DNA of 63,031 nucleotides, counting the filler, from Octopus bimaculoides (lineage: Eukaryota), in NCBI RefSeq assembly GCF_001194135.2. It is 4 parts of 4 records of this genome, joined end to end, with 100 filler letters (N's around TTAATTAATTAA, not from the genome) between each part and the next. Parts side by side here need not be neighbours in the genome. Positions count along the whole stretch, not along the records: positions 1 to 30,473 come from NC_068997.1; 3 more parts are not named here. One strand, 5' to 3'. Shown here piece by piece: positions 12,625 to 24,965 of the stretch. The notes beneath the pieces are model-generated. The model had not been told where the DNA came from. It was given only the letters and a program-made list of their open reading frames with translations, and ran no database searches. Numbering within the stretch: the first letter of the stretch is position 1; the number at the start of each line of letters is the position of its first letter. A program made the position numbers and the translations under genes.

Positions 12625-13495
12625 CCTAGAATCTAGGTTAACCAAAGCTTTGTAACTTGGATTCAGTAGACAGAAACTCGAAGAGTCTCGTTGTATGTGT
12701 GGGCGTGCGTGTGCGTGTTAGTGTGTATGTTTGTCCCCCACCGCAGCTGGACAACTGTTGATTGCTTTTTTACGTTTCTGTAACTTAGTGGTTCGTCCTG
12801 AGAGAATAATAGAATAGGAGATAATAACAGAATAGGATTTTAAAGAAAATCTAGTTACCGTGTGTATTTATTAATATCTACCCACGAACTCGTACATTTA
12901 TTTCATATCTTTTACTTGTTTTAGTCATTGGATTACGACCATCTTGTAAGTTTTAGTCCAGTGATTCCCAAACTATTTCGCGCAGCCACATCTTGGTAAC
13001 TAGGCCACATTCCTAGCGCCTCACCACCTCACCACCACAAATGTAGACCACTTTCTGCAGCAAATTCAAAACATTTGCACTTCACAAATAAAACTTAACC
13101 AAATTAACTCATTATTAATTTGGTTCGATTTGTTCGACTATAACACTGGTGCCCAAAGCAGGCGGTACGGCCCCGCCCTGAGGGCGGTAGAAATATCCAG
13201 GGGTTGGGACACTGTAAAAAAGTGAGGTGGGATAATGGGGCATCCAAAAAGAAGCAATTGATGTAAAAACAACAAAATAATGAGTTAATTTGGTTAAGTT
13301 TTATTTGTGAAGTGCAAATGTTTTGAATTTGCTGCAGAAAGTGGTCTACATTTGTGGTGGTGAGGTGGTGAAGCGCTAGGAATGTGGCCTAGTTACCAAG
13401 ATGTGGCTGCGCGAAATAGTTTGGGAATCACTGGACTAAAACTTACAAGATGGTCGTAATCCAATGACTAAAACAAGTAAAAGATATGAAATAAA
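12625..13495 (+). mobile_element. Old SINE family B copy interrupted by an inverted duplication and a MITE
   Basis: B body at ~12630-12856, resumes at 13117 (tggttcgatttgttcgact) and after the MITE at 13434 (gactaaaa...aatgactaaaacaagtaaaaga). Confidence 0.7.
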
Positions 13496-13533
13496 TGTAC
13501 GAGTTCGTGGGTAGATATTAATAAATACACACG
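12859..13533. repeat. 258-bp inverted repeat (arms 12859-13116 and 13276-13533, 159-bp spacer)
   Basis: Base-by-base comparison of the arms: one mismatch (tagcgcCtcacc vs tagcgcTtcacc). Confidence 0.95.
13144..13433 (+). mobile_element. Non-autonomous hAT (Charlie-like) MITE, ~290 bp
   Basis: Imperfect TIRs cactggtgcccaaa / tttgggaatcactg; 8-bp TSD gactataa (13136-13143) / gactaaaa (13434-13441) with central TA; 8-bp TSD and CAG-type termini are typical of hAT. Confidence 0.8.
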
Positions 13534-14087
13534 TATGTATATGTATATATATGTGTGTGTGTGTATGTATATGATATTATATGTGTGCGTGTGTATATAT
13601 ATATATATGCACATACACATATTTTCACACACACACACACACATACTCACATACAGACACACACATACATGCACATATATATATGTATGTGTAGATGTAT
13701 CTATGAATGCGAGTATGACTGGATGGAATTTATACATTTATATATATATATATATATTTATTTATTTATTTATTTATATATATATACATATTTATTTATT
13801 TATTTATATATATATACATGTGTGTGAGTTTGAGTGAGTATGTGTGCGTGTGTGTGTGTGTATGCATGCGCGTGCGTATGTATTTATACAAGCACATCCA
13901 TAGAGATATCTACTTAAGTCGAATCACCATTTAAAGTCGTACTTAAAGAGTGGACATTGATTTATAATATGTCCTCTCGTTATATCAATACCATAAAGCC
14001 CACCCCCCCTCACCATTTTCACGCAGTTGTTATCTTCACACTCATAAAACTATCAGCAACTCTCTTTCACACTCATTCTCTCTCTCT

Positions 14088-14129
<42 letters not shown>

Positions 14130-15339
14130 NNNNNNNNNNNNNNNNNNNNNNNNNNNNNNNNNNNNNNNNNNNNNNNNNNNNNNNNNNNNNNNNNNNNNNN
14201 NNNNNNNNNNNNNNNNNNNNNNNNNNNNNNNNNNNNNNNNNNNNNNNNNNNNNNNNNNNNNNNNNNNNNNNNNNNNNNNNNNNNNNNNNNNNNNNNNNNN
14301 NNNNNNNNNNNNNNNNNNNNNNNNNNNNNNNNNNNNNNNNNNNNNNNNNNNNNNNNNNNNNNNNNNNNNNNNNNNNNNNNNNNNNNNNNNNNNNNNNNNN
14401 NNNNNNNNNNNNNNNNNNNNNNNNNNNNNNNNNNNNNNNNNNNNNNNNNNNNNNNNNNNNNNNNNNNNNNNNNNNNNNNNNNNNNNNNNNNNNNNNNNNN
14501 NNNNNNNNNNNNNNNNNNNNNNNNNNNNNNNNNNNNNNNNNNNNNNNNNNNNNNNNNNNNNNNNNNNNNNNNNNNNNNNNNNNNNNNNNNNNNNNNNNNN
14601 NNNNNNNNNNNNNNNNNNNNNNNNNNNNNNNNNNTCTCTCTCTCTCTCTCTCGGCTTGTCTATTTACCTCCCTCTCTTACACACACATGCGAGCAGCACA
14701 CATAGACCTTTTTTTTTTCGATACCTCTTCGATTTCTTTTCCTTCAGAAGATAGACTGACGTCCGAAGCGTCGGAGGCACTCGTTGTTTTCCGTTTAAAC
14801 GTTAAACTGTTATTGTGCATCTTACTGTATTCTCTCGCTGTCTTATCTCTTAATACTTAACAGTCTTCCGCGTGTGCATGTGAATGCATGTGTCTGTGGA
14901 GGAACGTGGCTCAGTGATTAGGGTGTTGACCTCGTGGTTTCAATTAATGAAACAGAGCTAGGCGTTGCGTTTTTCCGCAACGTACTTCATTTCGCAATGA
15001 AATGAATAGTAAAGTTAGCAGTGAAAATTACTGCTTTAGATATTCTCTCTCATACCCTCGAACTGACCCATTTTCGATGCTGAGCTAACTCAACTGTTCG
15101 TGAGTTGATAGGTTATCTATATTTGCTCACGGTTATATACGTACCTAAGGCTTTTAACGAAAGCATAGTAGAAGATGAAAGATCATACACTCTTTCAAGC
15201 AATGGCTAAGCCTATACATATATATATACTTACATGCACACATATACAAACACATATCTACATACATACATACATACATACATNNNNNNNNNNACATACA
15301 TACATACATACATACATACATACATACATACAATAGGTA

Positions 15340-15570
15340 CAAGCATGCTTGTGTGGTTAAAAAGCTCGCGTTTCTACAGCGCAACCCCTCGAACAAATAC
15401 CATCTACGCTCGTTCCGGGTTGACAAATGTGTTGTGAGTGAATTTGATCGTCAGAAACTGGGTGGAGGCCCTGCGTATATGTGTATGTGTGTAACTTTGT
15501 GTCTTTGTTCATTCCGCCCCGAAGCTTGAGAACTCGTTTTGGTTTCTGTACAGCCGTGTAACATGGTGGT
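15340..15570 (+). mobile_element. Highly degenerate SINE family B
   Basis: tgtgtggttaaaaagc...ttgtgagtgaattt...agaaactg...ggttcgg landmarks in family B order. Confidence 0.5.
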
Positions 15571-15916
15571 TCGGTTTAGGTGGTCAATATATGCATTACA
15601 ACAAAAATAAAACAAAACAAACGGTCTTTCGACTGTCAGACAGTGTAGTAAGGAAAGGAAAAAGGAAATAGAAAAGATCTTAACTGACCGGGTGGCGAGA
15701 CAGAACAGATTTTAATGTCTGGCCATCTGGTAAGTGGATGCCTTCACTGTAGTCTACTTGTCCTCTTCTCATGACTAATATTACACACTTATTTATGCCA
15801 AATTCCATGCTTGTATCACACCTATATATATATATATAAGTTCAAAAAAACAATAACAAAAAACAACAAAGTGAGGACGTGATACGGATAGTGTTATTGG
15901 ACGCTCGGGAAAGGAA

Positions 15917-15950
<34 letters not shown>

Positions 15951-16024
15951 CAAAGAATATATATACATGTATATACACATATATGTACATACTTACATCT
16001 ACATGTGTATATATATATATATAT

Positions 16025-16156
16025 GCATATCAGGGTACAGGACGTTAGAACAATGAACTACAGACAACGGAACGAACACATAAGAAAACGGAAAGCCACT
16101 TGGAATATTCCTTCATCAGCTGCCTCTATTCTAACCTGACGTTTCGAAGATAAAAC
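16025..16156 (-). mobile_element. Penelope-type 3' tail fragment with partial hammerhead-like motif, cut by a gap
   Basis: Minus strand: atcttcGAAACGTCaggtt...gcagCTGATGAaggaatattcc, followed by a pyrimidine-rich tail and (TA)n. Confidence 0.5.
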
Positions 16157-18074
16157 NNNNNNNNNNNNNNNNNNNNNNNNNNNNNNNNNNNNNNNNNNNN
16201 NNNNNNNNNNNNNNNNNNNNNNNNNNNNNNNNNNNNNNNNNNNNNNNNNNNNNNNNNNNNNNNNNNNNNNNNNNNNNNNNNNNNNNNNNNNNNNNNNNNN
16301 NNNNNNNNNNNNNNNNNNNNNNNNNNNNNNNNNNNNNNNNNNNNNNNNNNNNNNNNNNNNNNNNNNNNNNNNNNNNNNNNNNNNNNNNNNNNNNNNNNNN
16401 NNNNNNNNNNNNNNNNNNNNNNNNNNNNNNNNNNNNNNNNNNNNNNNNNNNNNNNNNNNNNNNNNNNNNNNNNNNNNNNNNNNNNNNNNNNNNNNNNNNN
16501 NNNNNNNNNNNNNNNNNNNNNNNNNNNNNNNNNNNNNNNTATATATATGTATATATATATATATATATATATAGCAGCCGTCGTATATCTTCGTATGTAG
16601 TTAATACGATTTATCACAGCTCTAGTATTAGTATTTGAGAGACGGAGAATATACTATCACAGCAAAATAATAGTGATGAGTTTCTACTCGTGTGTAAATG
16701 ATGGAATTGGATGTTGGTATTATAATACAGCTAGAAGTTAACAGGAATCCACTGAACTTTTCAACCGTTTGCTATATAAAATGTATATATATGTATATAT
16801 ATATATATATATATATAAACCATATCTACAAACTTCAACAAATCAATCAACCAGCACTACAAAGCGGACTTTGCAGGAGATATGAAGAATATTAAGATAT
16901 AATAAACGTGAAAAGAAAAAAATATTAGATAAACAAATAAATGAAGTAAAATATAAATTCATGATATGGATATAGGGTATGAATATGGAGAAATATCCTG
17001 TGGAGCTTCTCACTATGGTTTCAGTGAGGAATTAATCTTATCGCAACAATAAATATTTATCAGAATGTTGAAGAAGCAGAATCATCAAAAGAGAGAATTA
17101 TTCCTCGCTGTCTGCGAGAGCCGAGGTTTGATTTACATCTGTCGGAAATGTAGATAGAGGCATTCCACACACATACACACACTGCATACTTGGATACATA
17201 CATACATACATACATACATACATACATACATACACACATACATACATACATACATACATACATACATACATACACACATACATGCATACACACATATATA
17301 ATTATTTAAAATTATAATACAGGGTATCTAAGAGATACCGCCACGCTGAAAAATAGCAGTCAAATCCTGACTCTAAACCACATNNNNNNNNNNNNNNNNN
17401 NNNNNNNNNNNNNNNNNNNNNNNNNNNNNNNNNNNNNNNNNNNNNNNNNNNNNNNNNNNNNNNNNNNNNNNNNNNNNNNNNNNNNNNNNNNNNNNNNNNN
17501 NNNNNNNNNNNNNNNNNNNNNNNNNNNNNNNNNNNNNNNNNNNNNNNNNNNNNNNNNNNNNNNNNNNNNNNNNNNNNNNNNNNNNNNNNNNNNNNNNNNN
17601 NNNNNNNNNNNNNNNNNNNNNNNNNNNNNNNNNNNNNNNNNNNNNNNNNNNNNNNNNNNNNNNNNNNNNNNNNNNNNNNNNNNNNNNNNNNNNNNNNNNN
17701 NNNNNNNNNNNNNNNNNNNNNNNNNNNNNNNNNNNNNNNNNNNNNNNNNNNNNNNNNNNNNNNNNNNNNNNNNNNNNNNNNNNNNNNNNNNNNNNNNNNN
17801 NNNNNNNNNNNNNNNNNNNNNNNNNNNNNNNNNNNNNNNNNNNNNNNNNNNNNNNNNNNNNNNNNNNNNNNNNNNNNNNNNNNNNNNNNNNNNNNNNNNN
17901 NNNNNNNNNNNNNNNNNNNNNNNNNNNNNNNNNNNNNNNNNNNNNNNNNNNNNNNNNNNNNNNNNNNNNNNNNNNNNNNNNNNNNNNNNNNNNNNNNNNN
18001 NNNNNNNNNNNNNNNNNNNNNNNNNNNNNNNNNNNNNNNNNNNNNNNNNNNNNNNNNNNNNNNNNNNNNNNNNA

Positions 18075-18290
18075 TATATATATAGTAAATCCCAAAACAG
18101 AACAAACACAAAAAAACAGCAACGCGAGGATGTGGTACATGTAAAGTATTAGCAGACACTCAGGGAAGGAAAGAAAGATGGTTTAACGTTTCGAGCAGAC
18201 GCTCTTCTTCGGAAACAGAGGACAGTCCAATAGAAGGGAAGACGGACGAAGAAAATCGCCACCAATTCACGTGTTTACATTTTGAAAACA
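18075..18290 (-). mobile_element. Penelope-like element 3' tail
   Basis: T/C-rich minus-strand tail ending in (TA)n and containing a hammerhead-like motif. Confidence 0.6.
18181..18216 (-). ncRNA. Minimal type I hammerhead-ribozyme-like motif (near intact)
   Basis: Minus strand GTTT-CCGAAGA-A-GAGC-gtct-GCTC-GAAAC-GTT^AAAC: 4-bp stem I, 4-bp stem II, self-complementary stem III (ACGT); only core deviation U4C. Confidence 0.7.
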
Positions 18291-18627
18291 AAAAAATGTA
18301 CATATCATGCACGCAGATAAGCACATACGCATACACGCTTGCATACATATGTACTCAAACACATACACACACACACACAGGCTTATGCATTCAAATACAG
18401 ACGCATGCATATAAACGATTATTCCTTTTATCACAACAATTCAAATTGATGCTTTGTTTTTGCTCACCACATGAAATATTGTAGTTGTTTGTATTGACGT
18501 GGATTACTTTTCCGTTACTTTAACATTATTTTTTTTTTTAGCTGTGAGACGTTCGTCAGAAAGTATATCAATAAAGAGTCCCTCTGAATCATAAGAAAAT
18601 TATCGTTGGTATTTTATGACGCATCAT

Positions 18628-18887
18628 GTCTTGGTTGCGCGGTAAGAAGCTTCCTTCCCAACCACCTGGTTTTGGGTTCAGTCCCACTGCGTGGCACCTT
18701 GGGCAAGTGTCTTCTACTATAACGTCGCGCCGTCTAAAGTCTTGTTAGTGGATTTGGTAGACGGAACTGAACCAAGCCCGTCGTGTGTATATGTGTGTGT
18801 GTGTGTCTGTGTGTGCCTTTGTGTTTGTTATTGTACCATCATCGCCGCTTGATAACCGCTGTTGATGTGTTTACGTCTCCGTAACAC
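18628..18887 (+). mobile_element. SINE family B, 3'-truncated
   Basis: ggtaagaagcttccttcccaacc...gggttcagtcccactgcgtggcaccttgggcaagtgtcttctactata...gtggatttggtagacggaactgaa. Confidence 0.88.
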
Positions 18888-19423
18888 AGATTGTTAAATT
18901 TTGAATAAGAATTTGCAGTTCAATCGATTTAATATAAATCGATTAGTTACGCACAATTATCACACCAAAGGACCATAAGACACTTATTCAACAGAAGCAC
19001 GTGTCGGAATTTAGTATGCGCGAAATATTAATAAAACGAATTTTAAAGACGTGTAACTCCATTCTTCATTATTATGTTTTGATGAGTGTGTTTGTGCGCG
19101 TGCGCATGTGTGTGTGCGTGAGTGAGTGTGTGAGTACGCGCGAGCACCTGTTGGAATTTCTCAAATAGTCTGATAGTCCCTACTAGCGTATCAGTTTTGC
19201 CCCCACACTCAGTTCATTGTTTACCAATTTACATATGAAAGATATATTGGAGTACATTGACTGTCTCCAAGACTACGGCTAAGAATTCCAAATGAAAATT
19301 CTTTGTAACCTTGAAGAGAAACAGCAACCTATTGTTGTAAGCTTATAGAGATGATTGGAGAATGCTACATAGACGTTTTAGAAGATATGTGACGCGTCCA
19401 ACATCGCACCCGACGTAAATAGG

Positions 19424-19743
19424 AGACCCCTATGGGATTTGCACCGAGAAAGTTACCCTCCGGGGCACAAGTCCGGGCAAGATTGTTTGTGGAAGGCTAG
19501 CAGTTGCCCATGCATACCAGCCTACCCTCTCACGCCACTGATGTTAGCCAAGGGAAAGGCAAAGGCCGATACAGCTTGGCACCAATGATGTCGTAACTCA
19601 TTTCTACAGTTGAGTTAACTGGAGCAATGTGAAATAAAGTGTCTTGCTCAAGAACACAACACACAGCCCGGTCCGGGATTCGAACTCACAACCTCACGGT
19701 CGTAAGCTCGTCGCTCTGACCACTGAGCCATGCACCTACACAT
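19424..19743 (-). mobile_element. Near full-length SINE family D with 16-bp TSD
   Basis: tRNA-like head at the right end; perfect direct repeat acccgacgtaaatagg at 19408-19423 and 19744-19759. Confidence 0.93.
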
Positions 19744-19974
19744 ACCCGACGTAAATAGGTGTCAATAAATCATAGACGAAAATTCGACTGTGCGTGCGCA
19801 TCTACGTGTTTATATACGGTGTGACGAGGTAAACAGTTGAACATGAGATAAAAATATGCGGCATAAGTATATTTACGCCCGAGGTTCGAGTCCTGCTATT
19901 GAAATTTTGATCGATGAAGAAAATTGTCAATATTAATATTTATATTTTATACGTTGATATCTACAAAAATAAAC

Positions 19975-20002
19975 AATAATAATAATAATAATAATAATAA
20001 TA

Positions 20003-20044
<42 letters not shown>

Positions 20045-20070
20045 GTTATTGTTGTTGTTATTGTTATCAT
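19975..20070. repeat. (AAT)n/(ATT)n/(TTG)n array
   Basis: Direct inspection. Confidence 0.9.
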
Positions 20071-20180
20071 CATAATCATTGTTATTTTTGCTTATCATAA
20101 TCATATTTAGTAATATTATAGCATATTTTAGGAGGTGAGATAGGGAAGAAAGGAATAAAGAGGAGGAAAAAATATTGAAA

Positions 20181-20228
<48 letters not shown>

Positions 20229-20284
20229 AAATAATGATAATAAAGATAATGTGTGCGCTAATATCACTATGTATGTGTGTATAA

Positions 20285-20317
<33 letters not shown>

Positions 20318-20455
20318 ACCCAGAAATACGTATATATATATATGTGTGTGTGTGTGTATGTATTTATGTATATGTATATATATTTGTATGTGTGTGTATA
20401 TAAACCCATATGTGTATATGTATACATATGCACATACGTCTACGTGCACACATGT

Positions 20456-20489
<34 letters not shown>

Positions 20490-21401
20490 GCATACACAAA
20501 TCATTCAGCCCATAAATGTGTCTACGGTCAGCTGATTCGATGTGCAAATATGTGTGACGAGCTAAAGCGCTGGACCCTGCTGGTATAGGTGTCAGCGGAG
20601 GTGGGTTGGGGCGACTGATTGGCTGGTGGTGGCGTTGGTGATGGCGGTCACCTTAAATAGGCAGTTCAGATAAACGAAAGCCAGATGCCTGGGGTCGAGT
20701 TTGCGTTGTTTTTACCCTTTGAAGTGACAGCGCTATCAACGAATATTACTGCCATATATTATATTTTTATAAGACCGTATCTCCCCCCATGGCTTCTGTG
20801 TGCTCTGCCATCATCAATACCAACACCGCACCATAGCACGAAACACAACACTACATTAACCCCTTTTCCACCCTCCTTGTCCTACTATTTACCCAGGATA
20901 TATAAAGATGATGCTCTCATTTTCATGAAGATAATTTTTACCTCTGTTTGAAAATAGCGAAGAGGGTTGTTGCAGGGTGGAAAAAGAGACGGCCATGTTT
21001 GTTAAGAGACAGGCGGTGGCGCTTTAGTGTGCTACTACCACACAAAATTTTCCTCATACCATTCCCTGTAATCTTGCTTCGTCTTTCATTTTTTTTTTTT
21101 CCTTTTTTAAGTAAATACGCACACGTATACACATAGATGCGATTCATACACGTATACATATTCATGCATACGCATACAGAGATTTGAATAGACAACCAAT
21201 ATCTTCCAGCTTCTACATCGTCACGCCCGGCCATCTTGAAATTCATTTTTCATTGAAAAATCGATGCATGATGGAATATTATGAGATGGAATGGTATGGA
21301 ATTGGATGGGACTGTCTAATAAAATCTTAAGTTGATATTGATGTTAGAAAGTTCGTGGAGGTGGTTCCACTTGGCCAGATTCTTCTAGTCTTCGATACGC
21401 C

Positions 21402-21446
<45 letters not shown>

Positions 21447-22135
21447 ACACACATGTAGACACGTTCACGTTTAATACATATAGACATATATGCACACGCA
21501 CATATATTTATCAATACATTTGTGTGTGTGTGTCCCTATACATACGCAAGTATATGTATACATATAAATATCCGTAACCATGTATATGTCGTGCGCAATG
21601 TGTGTGTGTATACGTGAGCGTGTGCTTCATTTATGCAAATTAGTCAAGCCATCTATTTTTTCTGTTTTATGATTGCATCCGTCTCATCTGCTGATGACGA
21701 TTATAGAGGCAAAAACACGCGCTCGCAGCTGTCTTGTTTTCCGACAATCACAATTGTCTTTTTTTTCTTTAATGGCATCTCAATATTGAAGAATTAGTGA
21801 TTCTTGAAATTATTTTCCCTTCTGATTTGGCGTTGGTGCCACTTTCCCACCAAGCGGTTCGTCTGCTCAATCTGGAAATGGAGATAATTTCAATGTATAG
21901 AATTCCTTTTGTGTGTTATTTAGCACAGTAATCCCTCGCCACATCGCGGATCACCTATCCCGATTTATTATCTAAGCTTACGTCGATTCCTTCGTGGTGT
22001 TGTTTTGCATTTATAATAAAATAGATTATATAAATTATAAAAATAATTGAAAAATATATGCCGTACAATACTGTTTCTACGTCGCGCATCCATTTTCAAG
22101 TAAGTTTTATCTATATATTTATATATATGAAGCAC

Positions 22136-22480
22136 AGGCGTGGCTGTGTGGTGAGAAGCTTGCTTCCAAGCCACATGGTTCCGGGTTCAGTCCCACTGCT
22201 TAGCACCTTGGGCGAGTGTCTTCTACTATAAGCCTTGGGTCGACCAGAGCCTTGTGAGTGGATTTGGCAGACGGAAATTAAAAGAAGCCTGTGGTAGGTG
22301 TATGTGAGTGTGTGTGTGTATTTGTTCCCTCATTACGCTTCAGAACCGGTGTTCGTGTGTTTACGCCCCACCCCCGTATCTTAGCTGTTCGGCAAAAGAA
22401 ACTGATAGAATAAGTACTAGACTTTAAGGCGGTACTGCAGCATGACCGCAGTCATGAAACAAATAAAAGAATAAAAAAGA
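22136..22480 (+). mobile_element. SINE family B, full span with a ~36-bp internal deletion
   Basis: Head aggcgtggctgtgtggtgagaagc...ccgggttcagtcccactgc; lacks the cctggggtcgatttgttc block present in the 41.8-kb copy. Confidence 0.92.
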
Positions 22481-23890
22481 ATATATACACATGACTGTGT
22501 GCGTGCACCAAATTGACAAGGTATTGATCGGGGCAGAACTATAGAAGAAAACAGTTGATCAAGATGGCAGCTCAGTGGAACTGAACCGGAAACCGCATAT
22601 CTGCAACGCGAGCTTTTTATCCGCACATCCATGCTTGATCTTCGTTTTCCTTTTCTTTTCTTTCTTCCTGATGACTTTTTTGTTTCTTGCGGGACATCTT
22701 GCTGCTATTTCGCGTAGGTTTACAAATCACGTAGAGGCTTCGTCATTTACTTACAATGTTGTCGGATGTCGTCATAGTGTTTCGATTTTTACTTTCTTTT
22801 CAACACTAAGCGCATTTAACTTGCGAACATGGCATTTAATGAAAACTTACACAGAGGAGACGAAACTGAAGTCACAATTCCTAAATTTTGATGCGCTGTG
22901 GGAACAAACGATTCTCCACCGTGTCCACTGTCAAATAACAGCGGGGTTGATGAAATCTATTTTAAAGAAATTTACTCAAACTTTGAATTCCCAGTGGGAT
23001 TATTGCATTAATAAATGCTTTTTCTAGCATTAATCTAGCTCTTAGCTTAGCACAAACAAAGTACAATGGATTTAAAGTCAGCTTTAATTTTTTCTAATTA
23101 AATTCAAAACATGATTTATTAGTGTTCAACGAATTCATTCCAGTTAAGAGTTTAATTAATGAGTCTTATCATAACAATATGCGAGGCAACCGGTTCAAAA
23201 GCATTAAATAAATAATTACATTAAATAAATAAATAGATAAATTGATAAAAAAACAACAACAAAAAATTTGAATCTAACTTGAATTTGTTTAAAAATACGT
23301 TTTTATTTTATGTCTTTTTGAAGTGTTCGCTAATACATGAATAATAAATTTTGTATTGTTTAGAATAAATAAATTATTTTAGTAAAGTATATATATCATG
23401 TAGCCAGTAAGTCTATTAGACGGGTTTATTTTATTTTATTTATTTTTTTCGTTTTTTTTTTTGTTATACTTTTCGAACTTGGTGGGGATCATTAATCCGT
23501 GGAAGATTTGGATAGAAAACCAACCAACCAACCAACCAACAAAACAAACAAAGTCAAAGTCTGTTGGACAGATGAATCCAGAAACCATTAGTAATAGTGT
23601 ATGTCCTGTAATATGGAACAACAATGGATCAAGAGATACTGAGCTCTCATTAGACTAAAACCTGCAGCCTCAATATTTAGAACAGCATCTTCTCCGCTAA
23701 AGGTACCCGAGAGCAAAGTTAGTGGGTTTCACCTATCAAAGCAGAAACGCGTGAAGTACACCCGTCAGACTTTCACACAATTTCCGTAAATTCTCATTGA
23801 TGTTGGCATGAGTAGGATCAAAACGAAGTCACGTTAATAAGACTGTTGCTCAAAGTTTCATTCTGTGGGATCGAACACTGAACTCTGCAT

Positions 23891-24100
23891 TCTTTTCTAC
23901 TCTAGGTACAAGACCCAAAATTTTTGGGGAGGGGGCCAGTCGATTAGATCGACTTCACTACGCAGCTAGTACTTAATTTATCGACCCCACTACGCAGCTG
24001 GTACTTAATTTATCGACCCCGAAAGTATGAAAGCAAAGTTGACCTCGGCGGAATTTGAACACTGAACCCTGTATTGCTCTACATGTTGTGACGCTCTAAC
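23891..24100 (-). mobile_element. SINE family A with internal 32-bp tandem duplication
   Basis: ggtacttaatttatcgaccccgaaag...gacctcggcggaatttgaac; duplicated unit 23956-23987 / 23988-24019. Confidence 0.9.
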
Positions 24101-24414
24101 GCCAAAGTCAAGTTTGCTTTTCGTGCAATCGCGATCGATATATTACAAACCCAATGCTAGAGTCGATATTCTTCTCTGTCTCTATCTGTATCTCTCTCAC
24201 TCTCTATCTATCTTAATTTCTCTCTACCTCTTTCACACTCTTTCTCTCTTACACACACACACACACACACAATCACACATAAACTCTCTCTCTTTCATAC
24301 ATACACTTTCCGGAACAAATCGGTTACAGATTCGTGGAATAGGCATTGCTAGGATTAAAAGGCCAAACCCAACTTCCCCCCACACAGATATAGTTACAGT
24401 GGGCTTGTTTCACT

Positions 24415-24552
24415 CTCCGTTTATCAAAGCCACTCATAAGGCTTTGCTAGGCCGAAGGCTTTAGAAGAAGGCAATTGCCCAAGGTGCCACACAGTGGGAC
24501 TGAACTCAGAACCATGTGGCTGGAAAGCAAAATTTTACCACAGAGCCACGCG
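24415..24552 (-). mobile_element. SINE family B, 5' part
   Basis: ttgcccaaggtgccacacagtgggactgaactcagaaccatgtgg...ttaccacagagccacgc. Confidence 0.85.
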
Positions 24553-24569
24553 TACAACATTGACAATGA

Positions 24570-24782
24570 TGATAGGCGAGATGGTGGTGGTAATGATGGT
24601 GGTGGTGGTGGTGGTGACATTGATGAAAATGATGATAGCTGGTTGTGATGGTAATGAAGATGATGATGGCAATAGTCGTGATGATGATGATAATGATGAT
24701 GATGATGATGTTGACGATGATGAGGAGGAGGACAAATGTAACGACGACGATGATAGCGAGTAGTAGTGGTAGTGGTGGTGGC

Positions 24783-24836
<54 letters not shown>

Positions 24837-24887
24837 CAGCAGCAATAGTAGTGATGGTGGTAGATGTACTAATAGTCGGAGAAAGAA

Positions 24888-24949
<62 letters not shown>

Positions 24950-24965
24950 TCTACTGCAGCAGCAA
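24570..24965. repeat. Compound trinucleotide array (GGT/GAT/GAG/TAG/CAG)
   Basis: Direct inspection. Confidence 0.92.

Noticed and set aside
16101-16156. Reading GAAACGTC...CTGATGA as a single type II hammerhead
   Set aside because: The intervening 18 nt do not form stem I and the stem II pairing is poor; two tandem halves fit better.
17320-17383. tacagggt... as a Tc1-like left TIR
   Set aside because: Only ~8 diagnostic bases; any partner end would be in the gap; does not match the 35.46-kb TIR beyond cagggt.
22575-23027. 150-aa ORF
   Set aside because: No recognisable motif, low-complexity start; cannot be supported as CDS or transposase.
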